From: an uncultured virus (IMG/VR IMGVR_UViG_3300045926_000127) | Lineage: Duplodnaviria; Heunggongvirae; Uroviricota; Caudoviricetes | IMG/VR virus record: IMGVR_UViG_3300045926_000127 | Direction: 5' to 3' (one strand) | DNA length: 64,000 nucleotides | Shown: positions 26,867 to 36,500 of the stretch, piece after piece | Position numbering within the stretch: the first letter of the stretch is position 1 | Layout: each line of letters begins with the position of its first letter | Notes under the pieces: model-generated | What the model was told of the DNA's origin: nothing | Seen by the model: only the letters and a program-made list of their open reading frames with translations | The model's database searches: none | Translations under genes and position numbers: made by a program

Positions 26867-27364
26867 TTAGCCTCGCGCGAGCCTCGCCGTCTTCCGGGCC
26901 ACTCGCTCCGCCGCTCTCTTGACCTCATCCCACAAGTCATCGCGAATATTTTTTAACGCTTGTTCTTTTCCGCCTTCCCAAGCTGGCCGCATGTAAGGCT
27001 GCGGCGAAACATGGATGGAGCCGAACTCTTGCACGATCGATTTCGCCGACCCGCTTGGACCCATGAACATCCACACTGTCGTTTGCGGCTCCATGCGGAA
27101 GCCCTCGGAAGTGCGGATAGCCTTCGAGCCGTACTCGGCCCGGTGCAAAGAACCCTGCCGCTTCGATAGCTTCGCGCTGATCTCGATAGACTCGCGCAAG
27201 TGTCGCGTCTCGCCCACGGGCGCGTTCGTCTCGGCGCGTTGCTCCATGGGATAGAGCGCCTTTGTCAGCGTGCGCCGCACGACATTGCGCCCCGTCGCCT
27301 TCGACAATTCCTCGATGGCGTCGTTTAGCTCCCGGAGCCCTTCGATCTTCGTCGTGACTTTCAT
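26867..27364 (-). CDS. HK97 gp10-like tail completion protein
   Basis: IEGLREL...EFGS...PQPYMRPAW. Confidence 0.85.
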   Translation of the reverse strand: MKVTTKIEGLRELNDAIEELSKATGRNVVRRTLTKALYPMEQRAETNAPVGETRHLRESIEISAKLSKRQGSLHRAEYGSKAIRTSEGFRMEPQTTVWMFMGPSGSAKSIVQEFGSIHVSPQPYMRPAWEGGKEQALKNIRDDLWDEVKRAAERVARKTARLARG

Positions 27365-27792
27365 CGCGGCTCATACCAAATGCGATAGTCGCGGCGCCGA
27401 ACATACATGATCGCGACGGCGTCGTAATCGTCGCGACCGTTGTCATGGAAAATTCCGCCGATGAGCATTTGCAGCGAATTGCCGGTGCCGTAGAGCGTGA
27501 GCCCTTTGTAGCCACTCAGCCGCTCGAATACCAAGCCCGCCAAATTGACCGCTGCGTCATGGCTCTGTGCCCAGCAGTCCAGTTGCGTGAGCGCGCCGAC
27601 AAAATTCGAGTCGCCCGCCATGTGATATGGCGCGTCCTCAAAGATAAGGTTCTGCACAATGCTCGGGCGCTTCTCGCCTTGCGGCACTATCACAGGATAA
27701 ACGCGGTAGATGCCATTGCCCGAATCGACCGCGGCATTGATCGCCGGGTCGGCGAGGAGGATGGAGCGGAGGCATGCGCGCAGATCCTTCAT
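27361..27792 (-). CDS. Tail terminator (DUF3168-like)
   Basis: RVYP...PQG...P..V...QLDCWA motif; synteny. Confidence 0.8.
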   Translation of the reverse strand: MKDLRACLRSILLADPAINAAVDSGNGIYRVYPVIVPQGEKRPSIVQNLIFEDAPYHMAGDSNFVGALTQLDCWAQSHDAAVNLAGLVFERLSGYKGLTLYGTGNSLQMLIGGIFHDNGRDDYDAVAIMYVRRRDYRIWYEPR

Positions 27793-28139
27793 GGCGCGAG
27801 CCGCTCCTCGCCCGGCGCGGTCGCGTCAACCTCAATGCCGACGCGGCGCTCGATCTCGCGCACGTCCGTCACATCGAATTGCCGCCCGTCGAAAAGGATT
27901 TTGTGCTCGTCGGTGATCGGCTTGGTCGCTTGCGACCAGCGAAAGCGAAAAGTCGCGATATGATCCCCGACCAATTGCCGGTCGGCGAAGCGCTCGCGCC
28001 CGTCATTCTCGACCTTCTCCGCCCACACGGTTGCCAGCGGCGTCCAGACCACGACCTCTTCGCCGCTCGGGCTTTGCGTGATCTGTTGACTCTGGATGGT
28101 GATCCGCCGGTCCAAGCGCCCGGCATGCAACCGCGCCAT
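27789..28139 (-). CDS. Head-tail adaptor/head closure (SPP1 gp16-like)
   Basis: AGRLDRRITIQ...ATVWA...GRE. Confidence 0.9.
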   Translation of the reverse strand: MARLHAGRLDRRITIQSQQITQSPSGEEVVVWTPLATVWAEKVENDGRERFADRQLVGDHIATFRFRWSQATKPITDEHKILFDGRQFDVTDVREIERRVGIEVDATAPGEERLAP

Positions 28140-28149
28140 TGTCCGCCCC

Positions 28150-28956
28150 TCACCATAGCAACCGGAAAAGCGTTCCGTCGACTAGCTCGGTTTCGTTATA
28201 CTGCGAATAGGCCAGCGAGCGAAGCCAAGCGTCGCGGTCAGGATATACCGGAGACTCGATCTTTGTGAAATCGGTTAGGCCCATAGGCGCGGCGGCGCTT
28301 TGCTTGTCCACGAAAACCGGGACACCGAACACGACCGCCTCGACCGCCGCAATGCTCCCGTGCGTCACCAGCGCGAACGCGCCAGCAAGGTCGCGGTCCA
28401 GAGGTATTGTGCTCTCCTTCGGCCGGATGCGAATCGGCCGGTCGGTATATCGCCTTAGCTCCTCGGCCACGCGCGCCGACCATTCGCGATCCGCGAAGAG
28501 GTCCCAGTAATCCGGCCCGGTGTCCGCGATGACGATCTCGCGCCCGCCCTTGCGCCAGCGCACCACATGGCCTTCGAGCCGGAGCGCTTTCCAGCGGTCG
28601 TCCGAATACTCGCGGACCTCCTTCATTTGCGGAGCATTGATCGTCCAGCGGTAATAGCCGCCGTTGTATCCTTGCGGGAGCCATGTCGCGAACACGCGCC
28701 GGAGATAGCCTCGGTCCCAAAAAATGAACGGCCGCCCCTCGCTCGGCCATTCGTGCACCAGCTTGCGAAAGCGCGGCGAGCAACCAATGATCGGCACCGC
28801 ATGGCGCGGCAAGCGATAGACCGCATCGAAGTCATGCTTGAGCACGTCGCCGCCCTGCGCAACGATCCGCTCCGCGATGCGATCAAACAAATACTTTTTA
28901 AACTTCGCCAAGCCGGGCGGATAGAACATCACCGTATTCTTCGGCTCTATCGCCAA
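28150..28956 (-). CDS. Putative GT-B/capsule-biosynthesis-like protein
   Basis: DRGY...RIRPK...VTHGSIAAVEAV.FGVPVF; start approximate (TTG). Confidence 0.6.
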   Translation of the reverse strand: MAIEPKNTVMFYPPGLAKFKKYLFDRIAERIVAQGGDVLKHDFDAVYRLPRHAVPIIGCSPRFRKLVHEWPSEGRPFIFWDRGYLRRVFATWLPQGYNGGYYRWTINAPQMKEVREYSDDRWKALRLEGHVVRWRKGGREIVIADTGPDYWDLFADREWSARVAEELRRYTDRPIRIRPKESTIPLDRDLAGAFALVTHGSIAAVEAVVFGVPVFVDKQSAAAPMGLTDFTKIESPVYPDRDAWLRSLAYSQYNETELVDGTLFRLLW

Positions 28957-29639
28957 TGGTTTTGCACCCACGGTAGATGCTTGAAGGCGCGCGGCTTGCG
29001 CCAGCCGATGAAGGTTACCAAGCGCGCGTCGGCCGGGAGATCGAAGCCCTTCGGCCACCCCGGTTTCTGGAACGCATACACACCTTCGGTGCCCGCTTGC
29101 CAGCCCGGTGCGGCTTTCAGCTTATGCCACATCCAGCCTTGGTCGTCGGCGAACTCATGGCGCGGGATATGCTCGACCGCCGCAAGCGAGAAGTCGTGCC
29201 ATAGCTCCGGGTGCGCGCCCGGCTTGAGCATGAATAGCGCGCCGACAAACGGGCAAGGGTTCGCAGCGTTGGCGCCTTGCAGGATTTTGAAGGACACCCC
29301 GCGCGGAAAGAGCCCGTCGCAATTGTTAGTAAGGATGGTATCGAGATCGACATTCACCAGCCGGGTCGCCTCGCTCTCGATCTCCTTGGCGGTGCGCCAG
29401 ATCACGCGCCGCTGAAAGTCCGGCTCGAATAGCCGGAGCCGGGCAAAGCAACCGACGCGGCGCGTGAGCCCCATATCCTCAATGTAGGCTGTCTCGATCT
29501 CGTCCGCGACGAACGTCCGATCCGTGAAGCACAGGAAGCGATGCGGCTCCTTCACATGCCGGTTGAGCGCCGAGCGCAAGCGGCGCACATCGCCAATGTC
29601 GTACTTCTCGCCCCACAGCCATGTCGAGAACGTCAGCAT
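28947..29639 (-). CDS. GT-A glycosyltransferase-like protein
   Basis: WGEKY...FLCFTD...VDLDT (DxD)...DDQGW. Confidence 0.7.
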   Translation of the reverse strand: MLTFSTWLWGEKYDIGDVRRLRSALNRHVKEPHRFLCFTDRTFVADEIETAYIEDMGLTRRVGCFARLRLFEPDFQRRVIWRTAKEIESEATRLVNVDLDTILTNNCDGLFPRGVSFKILQGANAANPCPFVGALFMLKPGAHPELWHDFSLAAVEHIPRHEFADDQGWMWHKLKAAPGWQAGTEGVYAFQKPGWPKGFDLPADARLVTFIGWRKPRAFKHLPWVQNHWR

Positions 29640-29640
29640 T

Positions 29641-30285
29641 TCATTGTCCCTTCACCATCATAATTGCGGTGTAGTCGATCTTGTGCGCGGGCGGCCGGGC
29701 GCGATCCAAAAAGTAGTCGTCCACCGCTTTGCGCGCGCCTTCCCAGTGCCCGTAGTCATCGACAATGAGAATGCCGCCCAGCACCAGCCGAGGGTAGAGC
29801 GCTTCGAGCTCCGCCTTGGTCGAGGCATGCCAGTCGGTGTCAAGCCGAAGGAGCGCTATGCGCTCGGGGAGGTTGGTCGCGACCTTGAGCGTCTCGCAAA
29901 CGTCGCCGACCACGAAGCGGCAGAACTTCTCATCGAGCGTGCCGGTGCCACGCATGAATTTTTGCACTTCATGCAAGGAGGCCGCCGCCCATGGCTTACC
30001 CTTCGCGAGTTTCTCTTGATAGTGATCTATCGCCCGCACGCCCTTCTTCTTGACATCGAGTTCGGTCGGCTCGGTCATGCCGGTGAAAGTATCGTAGAGC
30101 CAGCACAGCCGCATGGGCGCGAGCATGCGCGCGAGCATGATATTCCCGCCGCGCCAGACGCCGCACTCGACAATGTCGCCCATGATGCCGTCGCGCTCGA
30201 TGCGCTTGACCGACTCGGCCATGGCGAGGAGGCGCTCGCGTGAGGATTTGCTGTAGCGCGCGGCGGTCGCGATCAATTCCTCCAC
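29641..30285 (-). CDS. TylF/MycF-family sugar O-methyltransferase
   Basis: GDIVECGVWRGG...DTF.GM...LRLDTDW..ST...DDYGHW.G.RKAVD. Confidence 0.9.
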   Translation of the reverse strand: MEELIATAARYSKSSRERLLAMAESVKRIERDGIMGDIVECGVWRGGNIMLARMLAPMRLCWLYDTFTGMTEPTELDVKKKGVRAIDHYQEKLAKGKPWAAASLHEVQKFMRGTGTLDEKFCRFVVGDVCETLKVATNLPERIALLRLDTDWHASTKAELEALYPRLVLGGILIVDDYGHWEGARKAVDDYFLDRARPPAHKIDYTAIMMVKGQ

Positions 30286-30818
30286 AGCACACCTATCCCA
30301 TTGTCGCGCGCTTCAAGCCTGATCTCCTCGTGCCGGTAGTCGATCTTGATGGCTTCCCAAAATTGCGGGACATCTATCGAAGCCTTGCCCGGCCTCGGCC
30401 CTTTCCATGAGATGTCGTGGAAGGCCACGATCTTTCCCATCGGCCCATAGTTCGCCCAGTCCTTCATAACGAACGGCAGCAAATGGTTGCCGTCAATGAA
30501 CACGCAGTCGTAGGGACCATGCGCGCGCACGCGCTCGACCACTTCCGCGTCGGTGCTATCACCGAGCACTAGGCGCGCCTCGTGCCCTCCCGCTTGCAGG
30601 AATTGCACGCAGCTTTTGAGGCTCGCAATAGAGTCGCCGACCGGGAGGTCGACCGCCACCAGCTTGCTGCCCGGCGGCAAGGCAAGCGAGACGCGATAGA
30701 GCGAGCCGCCGAACTTGCTCCCGATCTCTAGGTAGCTCCTGACCTCCTCCTTGCGGAGCAAGGCGCAAAAGCGCTCGTGCTCGATAGTGTTCTGTAGAGC
30801 CTTCGGCTGCTCGCTCAT
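30273..30818 (-). CDS. Class I SAM methyltransferase (Methyltransf_24-like)
   Basis: YLEIGSKFGGS...GDS...FIDGNH...FHDI. Confidence 0.85.
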   Translation of the reverse strand: MSEQPKALQNTIEHERFCALLRKEEVRSYLEIGSKFGGSLYRVSLALPPGSKLVAVDLPVGDSIASLKSCVQFLQAGGHEARLVLGDSTDAEVVERVRAHGPYDCVFIDGNHLLPFVMKDWANYGPMGKIVAFHDISWKGPRPGKASIDVPQFWEAIKIDYRHEEIRLEARDNGIGVLWRN

Positions 30819-31129
30819 AACACCGCCCCGACCGACAACAGTCGTTCGCAGCGCTTTAGCGCCGCACCGAAAGTCCAGTCCTCCTCGGGCATGTCGTTGC
30901 CCGCCGCCACCAAGTCGAAGCCGGGCGGCAAACGGAATTCGCGCCCATCGGCGAGGACATAGCTATTGCCGACAAAAGATACCTTGAGCCCGAGCGCCTT
31001 GTAGAATTGCGCGTTCGCGCAATTGCAAGGGTCGGCGTAATTGTAGCGCTCGTCCCTCGGCTTGGTCTTGAGCCAGTCGCGCAGCTTCCTTAGCTCGTGC
31101 TGATTTTCCCAATTCGGGTTGTAGAGCAT
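30815..31129 (-). CDS. Hypothetical protein
   Basis: GGAGG RBS; MLYNPNW start. Confidence 0.6.
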   Translation of the reverse strand: MLYNPNWENQHELRKLRDWLKTKPRDERYNYADPCNCANAQFYKALGLKVSFVGNSYVLADGREFRLPPGFDLVAAGNDMPEEDWTFGAALKRCERLLSVGAVL

Positions 31130-31935
31130 CACGTCACCTCCGCTGTTGGCTCGGCTTGCAAGAGCGCGAGCGCATGTTGCGTGACCTCGCTGACATGGAT
31201 CGCGTTCAATTGTTGCGCGCAATGCGGGCACGCATAGAGGCTCCCGCATGCCGTGGTCGGCCCGCCCGTCAAATTGCGGTGCATGTCATAGCCGGTGAGC
31301 GAAGGCGGAATGAAGCCGCCGAAGATCACCACGCCCGGCACGCCGAGCGCCGCTGCCGCGTGATGCATCCCGCCCTCGTGTCCAATGAACAGCGTCGCCC
31401 GCGCGAGGATGGAGGCCGCGTGCCGAAAGCTGGTCGACTCCTGATACTCGACACCGCGCAAGACATGCCGCTGCTTATCAAAGCGCAATTGCACAACGCG
31501 ATAGCCGAGGCGCCGCAACTCATCCGCGGTCGCTTGCCAGCGCTCGACCGGCCACTGCTTATTGACCGCGACCGACTTCCAGTGCGGCACATTCGGCTCG
31601 ATCAGCACGAAGCCGTGCGGCACTTGCTCGGCGCGCCTGATCTCGCCTTGGGAAAAAAAGAACTCGCCCGGCTTCGCCTTCCACGCCGGATTGAATAGCC
31701 AGTGCGTGGGCGTTTGCCCGATATGATAGCCGCGCCCGCCTTTGTAGTGCGGCACCCACTCGATATCAGGCGCACCCTCGGAGCCCGGCCGCGCCACATT
31801 CGGGTTGCCCCTGAATATCTCTTCGCACCATGGCCCCCAAATAATCCGGCGACCATCACCGAAGGCGGCGCGCTTGCCTCTTGCGTGCATGCCCTTTGCG
31901 AGCCCGGTCGCCATGATCTCGTCGCCGTATCCCAT
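31129..31935 (-). CDS. GT9 (heptosyltransferase-like) glycosyltransferase
   Basis: MGYGDEIM...KQWP...FIGHEGGMHHAAAALG.P.VVIFG. Confidence 0.85.
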   Translation of the reverse strand: MGYGDEIMATGLAKGMHARGKRAAFGDGRRIIWGPWCEEIFRGNPNVARPGSEGAPDIEWVPHYKGGRGYHIGQTPTHWLFNPAWKAKPGEFFFSQGEIRRAEQVPHGFVLIEPNVPHWKSVAVNKQWPVERWQATADELRRLGYRVVQLRFDKQRHVLRGVEYQESTSFRHAASILARATLFIGHEGGMHHAAAALGVPGVVIFGGFIPPSLTGYDMHRNLTGGPTTACGSLYACPHCAQQLNAIHVSEVTQHALALLQAEPTAEVT

Positions 31936-32122
31936 GGACCTTCACCTTGAGCCGGTCGATGTCAGCACAGATCGCCTCATACTCGGCGGCCATGGCGGCG
32001 CGCTCCTCCGGCGAGAGCGCATCCCACATGGGCATCACAAGCTTTGCCGGGCGGCCGAGGAGCAAGCGCAAATGGCGCACGCGCTCAAGGCCGAGGTAGG
32101 CGGCTTCTTCCGGCGAGAGCAT
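31856..32122 (-). CDS. Small hypothetical protein
   Basis: Fills gap between GT genes; 3' end overlaps the next gene. Confidence 0.4.
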   Translation of the reverse strand: MLSPEEAAYLGLERVRHLRLLLGRPAKLVMPMWDALSPEERAAMAAEYEAICADIDRLKVKVHGIRRRDHGDRARKGHARKRQARRLR

Positions 32123-32124
32123 GG

Positions 32125-32922
32125 CTAGCGCCCATAGATGCCGAACATCGGATCGACGCGGAACGTCTCCGGCCCGCGCCCGACTGCGATGGCGTTCGCC
32201 AGCATGGTGTCGAATAGCTCGGTGATATCCTTGCGCGGATGCGGCCGGTCTGGCCCCGGCCACCAATGCTCGCGGCCCTCGCGCTTCAAGCGCTCGCGGG
32301 CATACTTGTGGTTCGGTTGGGTCGGGATATCGGTGTAGTGCACATTCTTGACGTGCGCCTCAAAGATGCTTTGACAGCCTTCGCCGTCGCGGCAATTCCA
32401 GTCGTTCTCGAAGTTCGCCATGACCGGCAGCACGTTGCGCCTGATCTGGCGGAAGGCTTGCGAGTCAGTGCGTAGATGGTTGATCGGCGGGAGCGCCAGT
32501 TGCATGCGCGCATTGTCGAAGAGCATGCAGCATGACACCACATCGCGCGGCGCGCCCTTGCCGAGAAAGGCCCGGCCGTCCGGGATGTCCTGATCGGCGA
32601 GCTCGGCGATATCGGCAAGCGGGATCTGATCGCAGTCCATATAGATCGCGCGGCCTTTGAAGTTGCAAAACTCCGGGATGCCCCAGCGCAAGGCGGAGAA
32701 TGGCGTCGCCCACGTCTTCATATTCCACCCGGCATTCTTGTAGGGATAGCCGGAGTACCAAAACGAAGCCGGGTCGCGGCTCACCATCATGTAGGTGATA
32801 TCGAGCGGGCGCGTCGCATGCTGGCGAAGCGCGAAGTCGATCACGGCTTGACACTCCAAATCCTCATTGTTCGCAGGTGTGCCGACAAAGATGCGAATAG
32901 TGTTGTCGTCGTTGGTTGTCAT
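32125..32922 (-). CDS. GT8-like glycosyltransferase
   Basis: IRIFVG...TPFSALRW.IP...GRAIYMDCDQ...WN..D...HYT. Confidence 0.75.
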   Translation of the reverse strand: MTTNDDNTIRIFVGTPANNEDLECQAVIDFALRQHATRPLDITYMMVSRDPASFWYSGYPYKNAGWNMKTWATPFSALRWGIPEFCNFKGRAIYMDCDQIPLADIAELADQDIPDGRAFLGKGAPRDVVSCCMLFDNARMQLALPPINHLRTDSQAFRQIRRNVLPVMANFENDWNCRDGEGCQSIFEAHVKNVHYTDIPTQPNHKYARERLKREGREHWWPGPDRPHPRKDITELFDTMLANAIAVGRGPETFRVDPMFGIYGR

Positions 32923-33572
32923 GCCAACCCCCATCGTTCGAGCGCCTCGGGCACGCTGATTTTCGGATATGCGGTGACGGTGCTTATCGGGGAGCAATTG
33001 ACCACATCGACACCCATGCGCGCAAGCTTCGGCGCGACGCCATTGAGCGCGCCGCGCCAGCGCATGAAATTTGATTCGTCCGGGTTGGTGCAAGGCGGGA
33101 GGTGCCGCCCGTGCCAATGCTGGCCGCCGAAGTCGAAGCCGATGAGGAGCACGCCGCTACAGCCCATTTGCACCGCAAGGTTCACCATCTGAAAGCCGCC
33201 GTTGCCGCCAGAGCCGACCTTGCCGAACTTCTCGGTGAGGATGTCGTCGCTTTTCGGCACGACCTCGATGCCGACGATCTCGGGCCAATAGGTCGTTGCC
33301 AGCACGTCTTGCGATATCCTCACGCCGCCGAAATCCGTCGCACCGCGATAGAGCAGCCACCAATTGTAGTCGCACGCATAGAGCATGTCGGCCCATGGGC
33401 AAAGGTGGACCGCATTGTTGATGGCGATCACATGGATGCGATCTCGCAACAGGGAGAGGTCAACTCCCTTCGCCGAGGCGCCGCTCCCCACCACCGCCAC
33501 GCACTCTCCCGGCCAGCGCGGGAGATCATCTCTGCTTCGCCCGGTTTGTAACTCTAGTGCTTTGTCGAGCAT
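32919..33572 (-). CDS. MptE/DUF115-like (sialyltransferase-like Rossmann) protein
   Basis: VAVVGSGAS...IAINNA...YACD..WW...GGNGGFQ.VNLA...G...LIGFD. Confidence 0.6.
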   Translation of the reverse strand: MLDKALELQTGRSRDDLPRWPGECVAVVGSGASAKGVDLSLLRDRIHVIAINNAVHLCPWADMLYACDYNWWLLYRGATDFGGVRISQDVLATTYWPEIVGIEVVPKSDDILTEKFGKVGSGGNGGFQMVNLAVQMGCSGVLLIGFDFGGQHWHGRHLPPCTNPDESNFMRWRGALNGVAPKLARMGVDVVNCSPISTVTAYPKISVPEALERWGLA

Positions 33573-36500
33573 CGTTGCGACTTGGCCTCGTTCGATTCGT
33601 GTCAGCAAAAACATTACCGCGCGGCGCAATTGGGCGCGCGGCGGCGAGCCCGCCCACAGTGGCGTCGGCCGCCATGGCTCCGGTGCCGCCGAAGCGCACC
33701 AGCACCACGCCCCGCATATTGACGTAGCTGGACAGCACGCCCTCGCCCGCGAGGAGCACGCTCGCCGCATGGCGCTGGCGCACCAGCACCGACATGCCGC
33801 CGACGCCCGCCATGCGAATGTCGGCAACCTTGGTGGCGCGCGCCGATAGGTTTCCCACGCCGGAGAAGGAGACCGCGGCGGTCTTGTACTTCGCGGTATC
33901 GACCGACATGCCGCCCACGGCGTCGAGCAACTCGGCGGCGGCGCGCTGGTTGACAGTCGCCAACGCGGAGAGCCCGCCGACCGCATCGAGCAACTCGGCG
34001 GCGGCCCGCATGACCTGCGCGGTGGCGACCGACATGGCGCCCGCGCCAGCAAATGTCGCTTGGCTCCCGAATAGCGAGAGCGCGGAGAAGGAGCCCACGC
34101 CATTGAAGCGAGCGGAGGCGACGGCATTGACCCGAGCGGCGGCCGAGAGCGCGCCTGCTCCCGCAAAGGTCGCCGCGATCGTTTGCACTTGGCCCTGCTG
34201 GACGACCGCAAGAGCGGAGAGCGAACCGACACCGTCGAAGTCCGCCACCGCCGCGAGGTTGGCGCGCGCCGAGGCCGAGAGCGAGCCGACGCCCGCAAAT
34301 GTCGCTTGGCTCCCGGCCGCTTGGAGCAAGGCCGAGAGCGAGCCGACGCCGCCGAAGCGAACCTGTGCCGCATGCGCTTGCTGCGTTGCAGCGGACAGCC
34401 CGCCCACGGCGTCGAGGAGTTCGGCCGCCGCCGGGCGCGCCAGCGCGGCCAGCGCCGAGAGCGAGCCCGAGCCCGCGAAGCGCGCCGAGGCCGGGGAGAA
34501 TACGAGCGCCTCGACGGCCATGCCGCCGAGCGCATCGAGTAGCTCCGCCCGGCCTTGCTGGTTGAGCCGGGCGCTCGCGGCCAGCCCGCCTCGCGCGTCG
34601 AGCAATTCGGCCGCCGCTTGCTGCGCCGAGGTGGTCGTCGCGAACAAGGAGCCCACGCCGGTGAAGCGCGCGGCGCCGATAGCGATGCCCGCTTGCACCG
34701 CCTCGACTGAGAGATCGCCGACGCCATTGAAGCGGGCCGAGGCTTGCTGGACGCTGGTGGTGGTGGCGAAGAGTGAGCCCGCGCCCGAGAAGCGGGCCGA
34801 GGCGACCGTCCGGTTGACCACCGCCGCCGCGAGCGAGCCCGCGCCATCGAAGTCGGCAATGCCTGCCGCTCGGAGCACCACCGCCGCCGAGAAGGAGCCG
34901 ACGCCATTGAAGCGTGCCGTCGCCGGGAGCGCTTGCCGGGCGCTGGCGGCGAGCGAACCCACGCCGTTGAAGCGAACCGCCCCCGTTGTGCGGATCTGCG
35001 CCAGCGCGGCGAGCGAGCCGACTCCATCGAAGTCGGCGACCGCCGGGAGCACCGCCGTCGCCAGCGCCGCCAAGGAGCCCGCGCCGTCGAAGTCGGCGAC
35101 CGCTTGCTGGTTCGCCGTCATGAGCGCGGCGAGCGAGCCCTCGCCATTGAAGGTCGCCGCGCCGCTCGCGGTGCTGGCTTGGATCGCCTCGGCGCTCAAG
35201 GAGCCGACGCCATTGAACGTCGCCCGCGCGCTCTGATTCAGCGAGGCCGCGGTCGATAGACTGCCGACGCCGTCGAAGTCGGCGACCGCACCGCGCCGCG
35301 CAACAGCGAGCGCCGAGAAGGAGCCGACGCCGCCGAAGGTCGCCCGCGCGCCATGGCCGACCTTGGCCGACACCGACATGCCGCCGACCGCATCGAGCAG
35401 CTCGGCCGCCGCCGTTTGCGCTTGCCGCGCCTGAATGGAAAGCGAGCCGACGCCATCGAAGCGGGCGAACGCCTGCATGGCGGAGGAGGCCAGCGCGGAG
35501 AGCGAGCCCACGCCCTCGAGCTTGGCCTCGCCGGGCCATGCGGTGACGCCACCAACAACAATGGCAAGCGCCGAGAGCGAGCCGACGCCATCGAAGTCGG
35601 CCGCCGCGCTTTGCGCGAGCGACGCCGACGCCGATAGGCTTCCGACCGCGTCGAGCAATTCAGCGCGCGCGGACTGCGCCGCCGTTGCCAGCGCCGAGAG
35701 CGAGCCGACGCCATCAAAGTCAGCGACCGCGACTTGCCGGAGATTCGCTAGCGCGGAAAGCGAGCCGGTGCCATTGAAGGTGGCGGTGGCTGTCTTCGAC
35801 TTTTGTGTTTGAACCGAGAGCGCGCCGACGCCATCGAAGTCGGCAACAGCGACCATGCGTAGCGCCGCGCTCGCGCGCAAGGAGCCGACGCCAGCGAATG
35901 TCGCTTGCCCGGTTTGCACGCCGCCGGTCACCACGACCGCTTGAATGGAGAGCGAGCCAGCGCCGGTGAGGATTACGATCTGTGCAACTGGTGGCTTTTC
36001 CGTTCCCGCTATCGGGAGCGAGCCGATGGGATAGCCGCCGATGCCGCCCCAGTCGTCGGTGGTGATCTCAGGCGCGGCACCAATGGCCGCATTGCATCGC
36101 AGCGAGCCAACGCCGTCGAAGTCTGCGACTGCCAATTGCCTTTGCGTTGCGAGCGCGCGCAGCGAACCGACGCCATCGAGGTCGGCAATGCCAAGCTTGA
36201 ACTTGATCGTGACGTTTGCGCTCAGGCTACCGACGCCAGTGAACGTCGCCGCTCCTTGCTTCTGCGGCGCAAGCCACATGCCGGAGAGCGAGCCAGCGCC
36301 ATTGAACCGAGCGGCAATGACTTGCCGCTGTGCCGCGCTTGCGGAGAGAGCGCCAACGCCGTTGAGGCGCGAACTTCCCGTTTGGTTTTGCCGCGAGAGG
36401 GCGGAGAGCGATCCGACACCTTCCAGCGTGGCTTGTCCGGTCGGCCCGCTGACCGTGTAGAAAATAACGATCAGTCCGCCAGCGCCTTGCCCCGGTGTCA

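Noticed and set aside
33572..35539. Long alternative-frame and antisense ORFs (702, 641, 480 aa) over the fibre gene
   Set aside because: Shadows of a GC-rich repetitive gene; only the last ~217 aa of the 32919 ORF is protein-like
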